This document shows positions 29,401-37,974 of a DNA stretch of 49,673 nucleotides, piece after piece. The notes under the pieces are model-generated. The model made no database searches. It was given only the letters and a program-made list of their open reading frames with translations, and was not told where the DNA came from. The position numbers were made by a program, and so were the translations under genes. This stretch comes from a virus (Duplodnaviria; Caudoviricetes). How positions within the stretch are numbered: the first letter of the stretch is position 1; the number at the start of each line of letters is the position of its first letter. Location: positions 1-49,673 of IMG/VR virus record IMGVR_UViG_3300005805_000128; one strand, written 5' to 3'.

Positions 29401-30778
29401 TGAATACTATGTTGTTCCATCTCCAATAGGTTCAGAAAACGTTACCCTTACTGGTGGATCGGGCGGGGTAGCAATAATGCTTGACTCAGATAATATTAAT
29501 GGATATTACTTTGAAATATGTACACTAAGTACTGATAACTTACAAAATTATAATTTAAAAGATAGAGATACTGGAGAAGAATCATCAGTACTGCATAATA
29601 TTCTATTTTATAAAGTCGTTAGAGGAGTGTCTGGCGGAAATGAAATAGCAATGCCAGTAAAACTATGGGGTGGGCTATCAAAGATTTTAGTAGACGAAGG
29701 TAAGTTTGTAGGACAGGACAGAGTTTCTAATGAAGCAAACCCTACTATATATGACTTAGCAATCGAATATAAAGACATTGGTTCGACTAGAAGATTTTAT
29801 TTATATCTAAATGGAACACAGATTGCAACGGTTGATGATGGAAGTCCTTTACCTAAATATAACAATATGGCACTATTTATTAGATCTAAATCAAAATGTA
29901 TGTTTGAAAATATTTATGCTTTAAAAAATCAAGAATCTCAAAATAAAACTACTATTGTAGAAGATGTGTCAAAGGTATTTGGGGCAAAACAAATAACATC
30001 GTCAGATGCTCTTAAAAAATATTCATTATCTGGATTTATTCAAGATGCCTATCTAAGTGGTGTTGGAACTCAAACAGCACCTAAGTATGCTATTTACTAT
30101 GATGAATTTGGAACAATATTAAGAGAGTGTGCATATTTTAATATTAGATACGATAAGGCATACCCAGCATTTAGAGCAATGCTCAAGCCTATATTTAGTA
30201 ACGAGAAGACATACGTAACTTCTGGATTCTATGCAGATGCCTACGGTGCAGAATTTTTAGTATTTAATACAACAGATAAAATGATTGTACTTGATGAAAC
30301 ATCAGGAAATTATTTACAGGTTATAGGAATTACATTTACACAAAATACATCAAATACATTAACTGCTGATAGTTACTATCAAGAAAGATCAAGTTTCTCT
30401 GATCCAATTATAGTTAATAATACAATACTATCCCCTGGAAAACAGGAAAAAATTTATCAGGATGTTAAGATAAGTAGATCTAAATACGGTAGACAGGAAT
30501 TTGTATTAGACACTCTATATGTACAAAGCGAAGATCAGGCTAAAAATCTACTTGGGTGGGTACTATCTAAAACAATAACACCAAGAAGAATTATACTATT
30601 AGAAGTATTTGCAACATCACATTTGCAACTAGGAGATATTGTTACAATAGATTATACTATGCCAAGTGGAGATAAGTTTGTAGATACAAGTAAACAATTT
30701 GTTGTTTCCGAAATACAATATGCTAGATCTACAGAAGGTCCTTCTAGCATAATAAAGGTGGTTGAAGTAAATGGCTAA
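26465..30778 (+). CDS. Large tail hub / tail-tip protein
   Basis: 1437 aa. LATATQTAMFFDEYNNFV and HLQLGDIVTI...FVVSEI hub-like segments. Synteny. Confidence 0.75.
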   Translation: MFVDSDLKSYIETKNTIKTESLVIAEWNLNDFENIQNYGNYRYRPNTATIYSTLPLSYDPQDLGDYYTEGTKSIVDSENVLDENDNPIVFSTPDVNRELYYDLRQCFNSFRPRSGINKPLFFDTGKYVDELRSGRRPRYYLASKNDTFKYWNSFRIEDGIERGISKRTDPNSIGYEITDTCPFIVYKEDVASNRIVLKMQTNLSETPLSNLKNQDGQVIVDPLGDRNKSSIPKRWSIQYLDNDNNWINAISFDENSVRKDGTDIVKWDGYVELFYGLSIPDKYIGQFYFVDILDDATQLPAYGTVTGESYIINASLTNAGDLKVWDETDYEWKTYTVEYKFQLLEDDNTKKIGTIRSLTNPLYYIDGGKVIFRDIVFLKGLRLKVDTMYAPDTSFDLIELSPRLTADISDYVLGFEITKSLLNDNAGLPVGNISVSNGSMTIMNHDFAFSDQNLMENNQGSIISNLLNPNTRIDFYEIVKNVNNYDKYIPIKSMYVEEFPKGGSGLIDVNLTLRDSFFKFETQSCPALFFQNVSLTFAVASLLDNIGFSNYVFKNISGKTDPIIPYFFVEPEANVAGVLQRLATATQTAMFFDEYNNFVVMSKEYLLPDAGTRATDMVMLGQPTNSVLPNVIEIKDSQTKVINDGKVNYITRYVQRAPISLKQAIYLDEDRTYGYQPVVLWEVPSQTNYKTINEKSKTGTYTLGAVALGSTIPAIDPYVENNQILYNTIDLGENVYWLPKLQGYLYANGEIIKYDAIQYTIPGIGTEWITDEIEYQEYFSNLPFNGKMYPTGLIRIYSEPYYEDVINASATYTTVYKNGAVRKSGRAQFGTKLVEHPAGLRSYWSDVNNLDGYKMDSSYLFTTTPTEKITRPPQGTAGVKSWQDGKAVAKTSVVNGVIANFQRENIPSDDTVKTLKVTSKGTVQSSALVFNGPVGTINRDNISLVKKTLDSDYKHFGTRMRVIGRKEANSTTQTATNASEYYVVPSPIGSENVTLTGGSGGVAIMLDSDNINGYYFEICTLSTDNLQNYNLKDRDTGEESSVLHNILFYKVVRGVSGGNEIAMPVKLWGGLSKILVDEGKFVGQDRVSNEANPTIYDLAIEYKDIGSTRRFYLYLNGTQIATVDDGSPLPKYNNMALFIRSKSKCMFENIYALKNQESQNKTTIVEDVSKVFGAKQITSSDALKKYSLSGFIQDAYLSGVGTQTAPKYAIYYDEFGTILRECAYFNIRYDKAYPAFRAMLKPIFSNEKTYVTSGFYADAYGAEFLVFNTTDKMIVLDETSGNYLQVIGITFTQNTSNTLTADSYYQERSSFSDPIIVNNTILSPGKQEKIYQDVKISRSKYGRQEFVLDTLYVQSEDQAKNLLGWVLSKTITPRRIILLEVFATSHLQLGDIVTIDYTMPSGDKFVDTSKQFVVSEIQYARSTEGPSSIIKVVEVNG

Positions 30779-31589
30779 AAACAAAGTTTCTGCACCAAAA
30801 AGTGGTGGCAAGCAAGGTGGTAGTGCTGGTACAACTAAAAACGTTGTTAAACAAGTAAATGCTGCTTTATCATCTACGAAAGGTAAATTAGATAGTAAAG
30901 AATCAAAATTTATTACTAGCATGATTTCACAGGCTGCAAAAACTGGAAAAGGAATCAGTAAAGCAGAACTTGAAGTTATTAAGCGAGAGGCAGTAAAACA
31001 GGCAGCACTAAAAGATAAGGCTGGAGTAGCAGGGTATAAACTTAAAGATGTTGGTAAATACATAGAAGACTATAAATTAAAATTAGCAAAAGAAACTAGC
31101 GTTATAACTAATAGCATTCCAGTAGATACATATGATTATACATCTGCTGGAGACTCTACCTCTAACAAAATACCCAATAAAGACAATGTGATATCACTAA
31201 GTAGAGATATTAATGATGTTGCTGAAATAGCCTTTTTAGTATTTGAAAAATTAGGGGCGGTAGAATTAACTAAATTTACAAGACATGATACTGTAGATGG
31301 AATTAATCCATACTATAATATAATCTCTAATTTATCAGCAATTAAAAAAGCATATGATCCATCAAATTTAATATCATCTCAGAAATCTGACGATTCTTTA
31401 TACAATGCATTTTCTATTAAACTTGAAAATAAAATCCCAGGAGATGAATATTTAGAGGATAGGGGCTTAGATAGTTATATATACATAGATGCAATTGGTA
31501 ATTTAATAGTAGAGTTAATTAATATTACCTCAGATGAACTAGTAGAAATTGAGATAGACACAAATGGTACAATTGTAGAGGTGCGATAA
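30771..31589 (+). CDS. Putative minor tail protein with a basic low-complexity N-terminus
   Basis: Within the tail-tip cluster. Lys/Ala/Gly-rich first ~105 aa, acidic C-terminal half. Confidence 0.5.
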   Translation: MAKNKVSAPKSGGKQGGSAGTTKNVVKQVNAALSSTKGKLDSKESKFITSMISQAAKTGKGISKAELEVIKREAVKQAALKDKAGVAGYKLKDVGKYIEDYKLKLAKETSVITNSIPVDTYDYTSAGDSTSNKIPNKDNVISLSRDINDVAEIAFLVFEKLGAVELTKFTRHDTVDGINPYYNIISNLSAIKKAYDPSNLISSQKSDDSLYNAFSIKLENKIPGDEYLEDRGLDSYIYIDAIGNLIVELINITSDELVEIEIDTNGTIVEVR

Positions 31590-32701
31590 TGATTACTAAC
31601 GATGGAAAGCAAATTATTGCTAAATATATGCTTGGGCAAGCACCTAGTTTTGCAACCCATATTGCGGCTGGAGTAGGCCCAGAAGCCTTAATAACTGGTG
31701 CATCAGCATCAATACCTGCTGGAAAAAAATCTCTTGACTTTGAAGTTTTTAGAGTTCCAATATTATCTAGAGGTTTTGTTAAAGATGGAGCAGAAGAAAA
31801 ATTAGTTTTTAAAGCACAGATGCCTAATGATCAAAGATATAAGATTACAGAAATAGGACTTTTCCCAGGTGCAAACAACGTAGTGGCAGGAAGATATGAT
31901 AGCAAAATGTTAATTACTTTTTCGCCAGGGGAACCGTGGACATATTCAGATGGAGTTAGTGCTTCAACAGTACCATATCCAAATACTCCAATTGATCAAG
32001 GTAATACAACAGCAAGTGTAAATTCAAGCACTCCAGAATTTGTTTTTATAAATTCAGATTCAACAATATTTGATAATACAGATAGAAAAGATAAACAAGA
32101 ACCACCAAGATTTTTAAATAGAGCCATGCTTGTTAATGCAGCAGCAGCAAATTTAAACTCAAATTTTGTAGCACAGGCTGGTTCCAAATATTTACAAAAT
32201 TCAAATGTTAATATTGATTTAAGTCAAAATCTTCCAGATGATGAAATAAAAATAGCATTTAGCATAATGGGTAGATATACAAATTCAAATGACACACCAG
32301 ATGATATTAGAATATTACTAGAGTTTGTTAATAACTTACCAAATATTGAAACAGAACCACCTAAAGCATACGCAGAATTTTTTACAGATACAGTATCAGT
32401 AGGAACAAATAGATATCAAGTATTAAGTAAGACTATATCTCAATTTTCTACAGATCCTAATTTTTCATGGGCCAACATTAATTTAATTAAAATTTATGCA
32501 TCAATGTCAAATCTTGGAGTAACGGATAATAACTATTTCTTTGTATTTGATGGTATTAGAATAGACAATGTTACTGCAACCAACCCCCTATATTCATTAG
32601 TAGGATATAATGTTATAACTACTAATGATGGCTATCCAGTATTGAAAGAAGAAAATACAAATAACTTTATTGAATATAGATTTGGTATAGGTGTTTCATA
32701 A
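31589..32701 (+). CDS. Minor tail / baseplate protein
   Basis: MITNDGK..IAKY...HIAAGVG...ITEIGLF, resembling tail-collar/fibre N-termini. Confidence 0.6.
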   Translation: MITNDGKQIIAKYMLGQAPSFATHIAAGVGPEALITGASASIPAGKKSLDFEVFRVPILSRGFVKDGAEEKLVFKAQMPNDQRYKITEIGLFPGANNVVAGRYDSKMLITFSPGEPWTYSDGVSASTVPYPNTPIDQGNTTASVNSSTPEFVFINSDSTIFDNTDRKDKQEPPRFLNRAMLVNAAAANLNSNFVAQAGSKYLQNSNVNIDLSQNLPDDEIKIAFSIMGRYTNSNDTPDDIRILLEFVNNLPNIETEPPKAYAEFFTDTVSVGTNRYQVLSKTISQFSTDPNFSWANINLIKIYASMSNLGVTDNNYFFVFDGIRIDNVTATNPLYSLVGYNVITTNDGYPVLKEENTNNFIEYRFGIGVS

Positions 32702-33150
32702 TGCCTAGAGTTATTATTCCAGTTGGAAAATTACCATACCCTGGTCCAGACGGTAAGCATAAAGTGAGATTTAGAATAACAACTAAAGACTACAATGAAA
32801 TTTCAGAATGGTCTCCAGTTTTTGTATTAGACAGTGTAGGTCAAGTAGCAGCAGCAAGTGCTTCATACGCTTATGATATAGCAACAACAACACATGGTAC
32901 TAAAACTATTACTTTATCTTGGGATGATATTATGCCACTAACTGATGTTGAAAATCATGATGTTTTTATAGATTGGGATCAAACAGGACAATATCAATTT
33001 TTAAAAAGAATTACTGGAAATAGTGCAATTATAAATGTTCCAGTAACAGCAGATTATGTTCAGATAAAAGTTCAAATGCCGTCTTATCCCCTACCACCAA
33101 TAGAAGATGACATATACAAATTATTTGAAACAGATGTAATAACCCTATAG
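32701..33150 (+). CDS. Putative minor tail protein (FN3-like beta sandwich)
   Basis: VRFR......SEWSP and ITLSW motifs. Synteny. Confidence 0.5.
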   Translation: MPRVIIPVGKLPYPGPDGKHKVRFRITTKDYNEISEWSPVFVLDSVGQVAAASASYAYDIATTTHGTKTITLSWDDIMPLTDVENHDVFIDWDQTGQYQFLKRITGNSAIINVPVTADYVQIKVQMPSYPLPPIEDDIYKLFETDVITL

Positions 33151-33168
33151 TGATATAATGGAGATAAC

Positions 33169-33591
33169 ATGGCAACTATAAACACACCAAATCGTGGTCA
33201 ACCAATAGACGTAACCTTGCTTTCTTCTATTGTAGAAGCAATTGGAGACCTACAAACAGCACAAAATACGGCTGTTCAATCTAGCATCAACAAAGTAAAG
33301 GCCAGTACTGGATCTTTAAAATTTTATGCAGAAACACAATCAATATCTATTAATAACATTACAACTTCACCAGAAGAAAAGTTTTCATTTTCTTATCCAG
33401 TTTTTGGTTCTGCCCCAGTCGCAATTGTTGGAATTACTAATAAGACAAGCACAGTGTCTGGTGCCAATGGTGCTACAGCGGTTTTAACAGACGTAACAAG
33501 AGATAGTGCAAAAGGACTAATAAAATTTCCTTCTGGAAGTACTGGTTCGGTTAATATAGAAATTAACCTCATAGCAATAGGTTTAGCCTAG
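33169..33591 (+). CDS. Putative small tail-fibre/virion protein
   Basis: F.YP.F...P.AIV...INLIAIG, a gp53 / H-lectin-like C-terminus. TGATATAAT at 33151-33159. Confidence 0.5.
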   Translation: MATINTPNRGQPIDVTLLSSIVEAIGDLQTAQNTAVQSSINKVKASTGSLKFYAETQSISINNITTSPEEKFSFSYPVFGSAPVAIVGITNKTSTVSGANGATAVLTDVTRDSAKGLIKFPSGSTGSVNIEINLIAIGLA

Positions 33592-33608
33592 TCTGGTATA
33601 ATTTTTAA

Positions 33609-33818
33609 ATGAATGTAAAAGAAGCCTTGACATGCAAAAAATGTTCTGCTAAGATGTTGGTGGATAGAGTATTTTTAACAGTAGATCATTTAGAACTTTA
33701 TTGTTTAAAATGTGGAAGAAGGGAAATGTATCACAACCCTAGTAGTTTTGATGAGAGAATACGATGGATAATGAACGTAGAGAAGACGAGAGCCAAAAGA
33801 AGTGGCAATCCTCTATAA
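33609..33818 (+). CDS. Zn-ribbon protein (leaderless)
   Basis: CKKC...CLKCG. TGGTATAAT (33594-33602) 6 nt before the ATG. Confidence 0.75.
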   Translation: MNVKEALTCKKCSAKMLVDRVFLTVDHLELYCLKCGRREMYHNPSSFDERIRWIMNVEKTRAKRSGNPL

Positions 33819-34309
33819 AACCAAGTCAAAATATATATTTTTTAAACGGGGAACTTATAAAAGTTATTCATTCTAATAGAGCCAATAATATAGGATATAT
33901 TTATAACTATCATAAAGATAAAGAGCAGTCATTATTATTGTCAGATTTAAAAAAACATAGAAAAAGGGCATTTACGTTTGGAAATACAATAAAAATTTTT
34001 AATAGATCTAGAATACAATTTGAAAGAATGATTAATGCTCAATTAATACCAAAACCAACTGGTGCTACGATAGGGGGAAATAGACAATGGCAAAAAATGT
34101 CATACTATTCAGAAGATGATTTATTTAAGATTAGAGATGCAATATCTAATATTCACGTGGGAAGACCAAGAAAAGATGGTAAGATAACCGCAGGGAAAAA
34201 TATTCCTACCGAAAAAGAGTTGCGTTCTTTGATCGGAGATGCTATTATGTTATATACAAGAACTAAAGACGGGGATTTTATTCCTGTCTGGGCAGAGGAA
34301 ACGTGGTGA
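33764..34309 (+). CDS. Putative DNA-binding protein (MerR-like HTH)
   Basis: Basic. LIPKP...YYSEDDL wing and GRPRKD AT-hook-like motif. Confidence 0.55.
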   Translation: MDNERREDESQKKWQSSIKPSQNIYFLNGELIKVIHSNRANNIGYIYNYHKDKEQSLLLSDLKKHRKRAFTFGNTIKIFNRSRIQFERMINAQLIPKPTGATIGGNRQWQKMSYYSEDDLFKIRDAISNIHVGRPRKDGKITAGKNIPTEKELRSLIGDAIMLYTRTKDGDFIPVWAEETW

Positions 34310-34512
34310 TTATGTCAGATAAAACATCAGTTAGTGTTACATTGGGATACACACTTAATCTAGGAAACTTTCAAAGTTTAAGAGTAGATATTGGATGCAA
34401 TGATTTTTTGCGAGAAGGCGAAGATGAGAGTGCAGCAATGGAACGTGTGTATAAATTTGTAGAAGATACTGTTATTAAAAAAGTTGATGAGGCCAAGAAA
34501 GAACTAGAGTAG
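34303..34512 (+). CDS. Hypothetical protein
   Basis: VSVTLGYTLNLGNFQSLRVDIG; coupled to its neighbours. Confidence 0.7.
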   Translation: MVIMSDKTSVSVTLGYTLNLGNFQSLRVDIGCNDFLREGEDESAAMERVYKFVEDTVIKKVDEAKKELE

Positions 34513-34829
34513 TGACTAAAAAAGAGTTAACAAAAAGTCAACAAAACCATATCATACTAAACGAATTCAGAAAACGTTTAAAAGAAAAAGGTTTAGATGA
34601 TAATATAAATGGCTACACAGAGCAGCATGCTGCACAAGCACTAATTAGTTCCTATACTTTTGACGGGTGCTATAAATTAATGGATCACTATTTTAGTGTT
34701 TCAATTACACCTTCTTGGGTATGGTTTAAAAATAATGCTGATAAAATATATAAGGCTATAAGAATTAAAGAAGAAGATAGTAGGGTTAGAAGAATTTTAA
34801 GAGAACAAGCAAGAGAGTGGTTAAAGTAA
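34512..34829 (+). CDS. Hypothetical protein upstream of the helicase
   Basis: Overlapping stop/start codons on both sides. Confidence 0.65.
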   Translation: MTKKELTKSQQNHIILNEFRKRLKEKGLDDNINGYTEQHAAQALISSYTFDGCYKLMDHYFSVSITPSWVWFKNNADKIYKAIRIKEEDSRVRRILREQAREWLK

Positions 34830-36055
34830 TGTCAGCAGAATTAGAAGCAAAGGTGCTTTCGGCAGTATTAAAAGATAAACAAATATATGTGTTGCTTCAG
34901 GCTAATCCAGATCAATTATTTAGAACACACAGAGATATTTGGCATTTTATTAGAGATTATAGTGAACAAAATTCAACCGTACCTACAGTTCAATTAGTTG
35001 TTGAGAAGTTTAAAGACTTCAGCCCAATTGGAGAAATAGGCAATACAAAATATCATCTTGAAGAATTAAGAACATCATTTTTACAAGATAGTTTAAGTAG
35101 TACTTTGATGTCGACTGCAAAACAATTACAAGATAATAAACCTAATGATGCTTTAAATAATCTTATATCAAAAACATCTGAATTAAAAAAGATTACTGCT
35201 GATATAAGAGATATTGATGCTACAGATATGGAAGATGCTATTTCGCATTTTAGCCATATTAAAGAATTAAACGAGAAAGGAAACTATGGAATTAAAACAG
35301 GTCTTGCTGGTTTTGACAACTATCTTCCAGCGGGTGTTACTCCTGGTCAGTTTGGCATTCTTCTTGCCTATCCTGCTATTGGTAAATCTTGGCTTGCACT
35401 TTTTATGGCTGTACAAGCATGGAAGAACGGAAGAAGACCATTAGTAATATCTCTTGAAATGACAGAGACAGAAGTTAGAAATCGTGTATATACAATTATG
35501 GGACAGGGAAGGTGGTCTCATAGAAAATTAAGTGGTGGACTTATAGATGAACAAGAATATACGGTCTGGGGTAATCAGCATCTTAAAAATATGCCACCAT
35601 TTCATATTGTTTCAAATGACGGGGTAGGAGAATTATCTACTTCTGTATTAAGAGCAAAGATAGATCAGTATACTCCAGATATTGTTTTTGTTGATTATAT
35701 TCAATTAATGCAGTCAAATACTCCAACAGATAATGAAGTAGTAAAAATTAAAACTATTTCTAGAGAATTAAAAGTATTGGCTATATCTGCACAGGTTCCT
35801 ATTGTTGCAATTGCTTCTGCCACACCAGATGATGCAACAGATATGAATAGTGTTCCAACACTTGGTCAGGTAGCATGGTCTAAGCAATTAGCATATGATG
35901 CTGACTGGGTTCTAGCACTTGGCCGTGCACAAGGATCAACCATCCTAGAATGTGCCTTTAGAAAGAACAGACACGGCTTTTGCGGGGATTTTATGATAGA
36001 TGTTGACTTTGACTCTGGAAGATTTATATATAAGGATTTTGAGGATAAATCATAA
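34829..36055 (+). CDS. dnaB: DnaB-like replicative helicase
   Basis: Walker A AYPAIGKS, SLEM, Walker B VFVDYIQL, SRELK.LA, YDAD and KNRHG. ATG 34829 preferred over track start 34817. Confidence 0.93.
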   Translation: MSAELEAKVLSAVLKDKQIYVLLQANPDQLFRTHRDIWHFIRDYSEQNSTVPTVQLVVEKFKDFSPIGEIGNTKYHLEELRTSFLQDSLSSTLMSTAKQLQDNKPNDALNNLISKTSELKKITADIRDIDATDMEDAISHFSHIKELNEKGNYGIKTGLAGFDNYLPAGVTPGQFGILLAYPAIGKSWLALFMAVQAWKNGRRPLVISLEMTETEVRNRVYTIMGQGRWSHRKLSGGLIDEQEYTVWGNQHLKNMPPFHIVSNDGVGELSTSVLRAKIDQYTPDIVFVDYIQLMQSNTPTDNEVVKIKTISRELKVLAISAQVPIVAIASATPDDATDMNSVPTLGQVAWSKQLAYDADWVLALGRAQGSTILECAFRKNRHGFCGDFMIDVDFDSGRFIYKDFEDKS

Positions 36056-36075
36056 TCTGACGATATAATTGTGGT

Positions 36076-36378
36076 ATGTATAGCCACAAATCAATAAAGA
36101 AATTTGACCTTGAAGGCGAGATTTATGATGATTCTCAAATTGTTAGGTTAAAAGAGCAATATATATTTATGTTAGAGTCCGCTATGAGAAATAACGGATA
36201 TGTTCCTAGGTATGATATTGACACAGACTTTACCTTGTCGTATAATGGTAAGGTATTTAATTTTAGGCTATCAATTTACGGGGTACATGTTGGTAAGGAT
36301 AAAGCAAAGTGTATAGCAGGAATAGACAAAAACAATCCAATAATGTTACCTACTACTCAGAAGATCAAGTCAAATTAG
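36076..36378 (+). CDS. Hypothetical protein (leaderless)
   Basis: TATAAT (36064-36069) 6 nt before the ATG. Confidence 0.7.
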   Translation: MYSHKSIKKFDLEGEIYDDSQIVRLKEQYIFMLESAMRNNGYVPRYDIDTDFTLSYNGKVFNFRLSIYGVHVGKDKAKCIAGIDKNNPIMLPTTQKIKSN

Positions 36379-37265
36379 TTTTAATTGCTTCTGGCATAGA
36401 AATAGTTTATGAATTAGAAAATGATATTATGATTTTTTGCCCTTTTCACAATAACTATCGATCACCAGCAGGCGAGGTATCAAAAGAAACAGGAATATTT
36501 TGGTGTTTTTCTTGTCAAGAAAGCAAAACTTTAGAAGAGTTAATAATGCATGTTACACAAAAATCTTTTTTTGAAGCAGCAAGACTTATAGATTCTAAAA
36601 AAGATGATAGAGATTTGTTAGATAAATTATCTAGTACATTAAAAAATAAAAATGAATTTAAGATTTTTGATGAAAAACTAATAAACAAATTGTATAAAAA
36701 TGTATTTACAAATTCTAGGGCTATGAAATATTTTAATGATAGAGGTATAACTAAGGATAGTATAGATAGATATAAACTAGGATATTCACTAACACAAGAT
36801 ATGGTTACTATTCCAGTTCATTCACCAGACGGTCATTGCTTAGGTTTTGTTGGAAGATCAATAGAAGGTAAACAATTTAAAAACTCAATAGACTTGCCTA
36901 AAAGTAAAACATTATTTAACCTATGGCGTAATAGAAGAGTGGATAAAATTTTTGTAGTTGAGTCATCTTTTGATGCTATAAGAATAGAACAAGCGGGAGG
37001 GCATGCCGTTGCTACCCTGGGTGCTACGGTATCAAAAGAACAAAGAAAACTTTTAAAACAATACTTTAATCAAGTAATAGCATTAGGCGACATGGACATG
37101 GCTGGACAAAATATGTCAAATAAACTCTTAACAGATCTAGGATCTGGAAAGTGCATAGTTGCTAAATTACCAGACGGCATTAAAGATGTTTCTGATTTAG
37201 ATGAAGAAACTTTAAAAAGATTTGTATCATCATTTGACAACATAGTGTCTTCAATGCTACAATAA
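36309..37265 (+). CDS. dnaG: DNA primase (CHC2 Zn finger + TOPRIM)
   Basis: CPFH...CFSC, GFVGR, VVESSFDA, GDMDMAG, KDVSD. Confidence 0.92.
   Translation: MYSRNRQKQSNNVTYYSEDQVKLVLIASGIEIVYELENDIMIFCPFHNNYRSPAGEVSKETGIFWCFSCQESKTLEELIMHVTQKSFFEAARLIDSKKDDRDLLDKLSSTLKNKNEFKIFDEKLINKLYKNVFTNSRAMKYFNDRGITKDSIDRYKLGYSLTQDMVTIPVHSPDGHCLGFVGRSIEGKQFKNSIDLPKSKTLFNLWRNRRVDKIFVVESSFDAIRIEQAGGHAVATLGATVSKEQRKLLKQYFNQVIALGDMDMAGQNMSNKLLTDLGSGKCIVAKLPDGIKDVSDLDEETLKRFVSSFDNIVSSMLQ
37234..37263 (+). promoter_or_regulatory. Promoter for the SSB/DnaE operon, embedded in the primase 3' end
   Basis: TTGACA (37234-37239), 18 bp spacer, TG-c-TACAAT (37258-37263). Confidence 0.75.
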
Positions 37266-37302
37266 GGTACGCTCATTTATAGAGCAAATATTAAGGAGAA
37301 AT

Positions 37303-37953
37303 ATGTCAATTGTAAGAGGACTAAAAAATATTGAGGCTATTGTAGATAAGCCAAAATATGATAGCAACAGTCCAAAAATCAAGTGGTTAAAACTTGATGA
37401 TGGACAAAGCGTACAAATTAGATTTGTCGCAGAACTAGATGCAGATTCAGCACACTATGATGATAAGCGTGGTCTTGCATTAGTTGTCAAAGAACACACC
37501 AACCCAAAAGACTATAAGCGTAAAGCAGTAGATACTTTGGATACAGAAGGTAGAGACTGGGCAGAAGAAATGCACCGTAAAGATCCAAAAGCAGGATGGG
37601 GCGGTCGTTTAAGATTCTACACAAGTGTTTTAATTGATGACGGTATTAATGAACCATACATTGCAATTTGGAGCATGGGAGTTTCTAAATCTGCAACATT
37701 TAACACCATTAGAGAATACGCTTCAGAGTCTGGCAGTTTGTCAAATATGACTTGGAAATTAAAAAGAAGTGGAAAAGGTACAGAAACAACTTATACTTTA
37801 ATTCCATTAAAACAAGATACTGAACCATTTGACTGGTCAAAGTATGAATTTCCAAACATTGAAAATGCATTACGCAAAGTTCCATACGCAGAACAAGAAG
37901 CGTTTTATCTAGGTTTTGATAATCCAGCAACTTCAACTGCTGCGGAATGGTAA
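37303..37953 (+). CDS. Single-stranded DNA-binding protein (gp32-like)
   Basis: WLKL.DGQS..IRF, KLKR.G.GTET.Y.L and an acidic/aromatic C-terminus. Strong RBS, between primase and polymerase. Confidence 0.7.
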   Translation: MSIVRGLKNIEAIVDKPKYDSNSPKIKWLKLDDGQSVQIRFVAELDADSAHYDDKRGLALVVKEHTNPKDYKRKAVDTLDTEGRDWAEEMHRKDPKAGWGGRLRFYTSVLIDDGINEPYIAIWSMGVSKSATFNTIREYASESGSLSNMTWKLKRSGKGTETTYTLIPLKQDTEPFDWSKYEFPNIENALRKVPYAEQEAFYLGFDNPATSTAAEW

Positions 37954-37974
37954 ATTAATCTGAAAGGCTATGGT

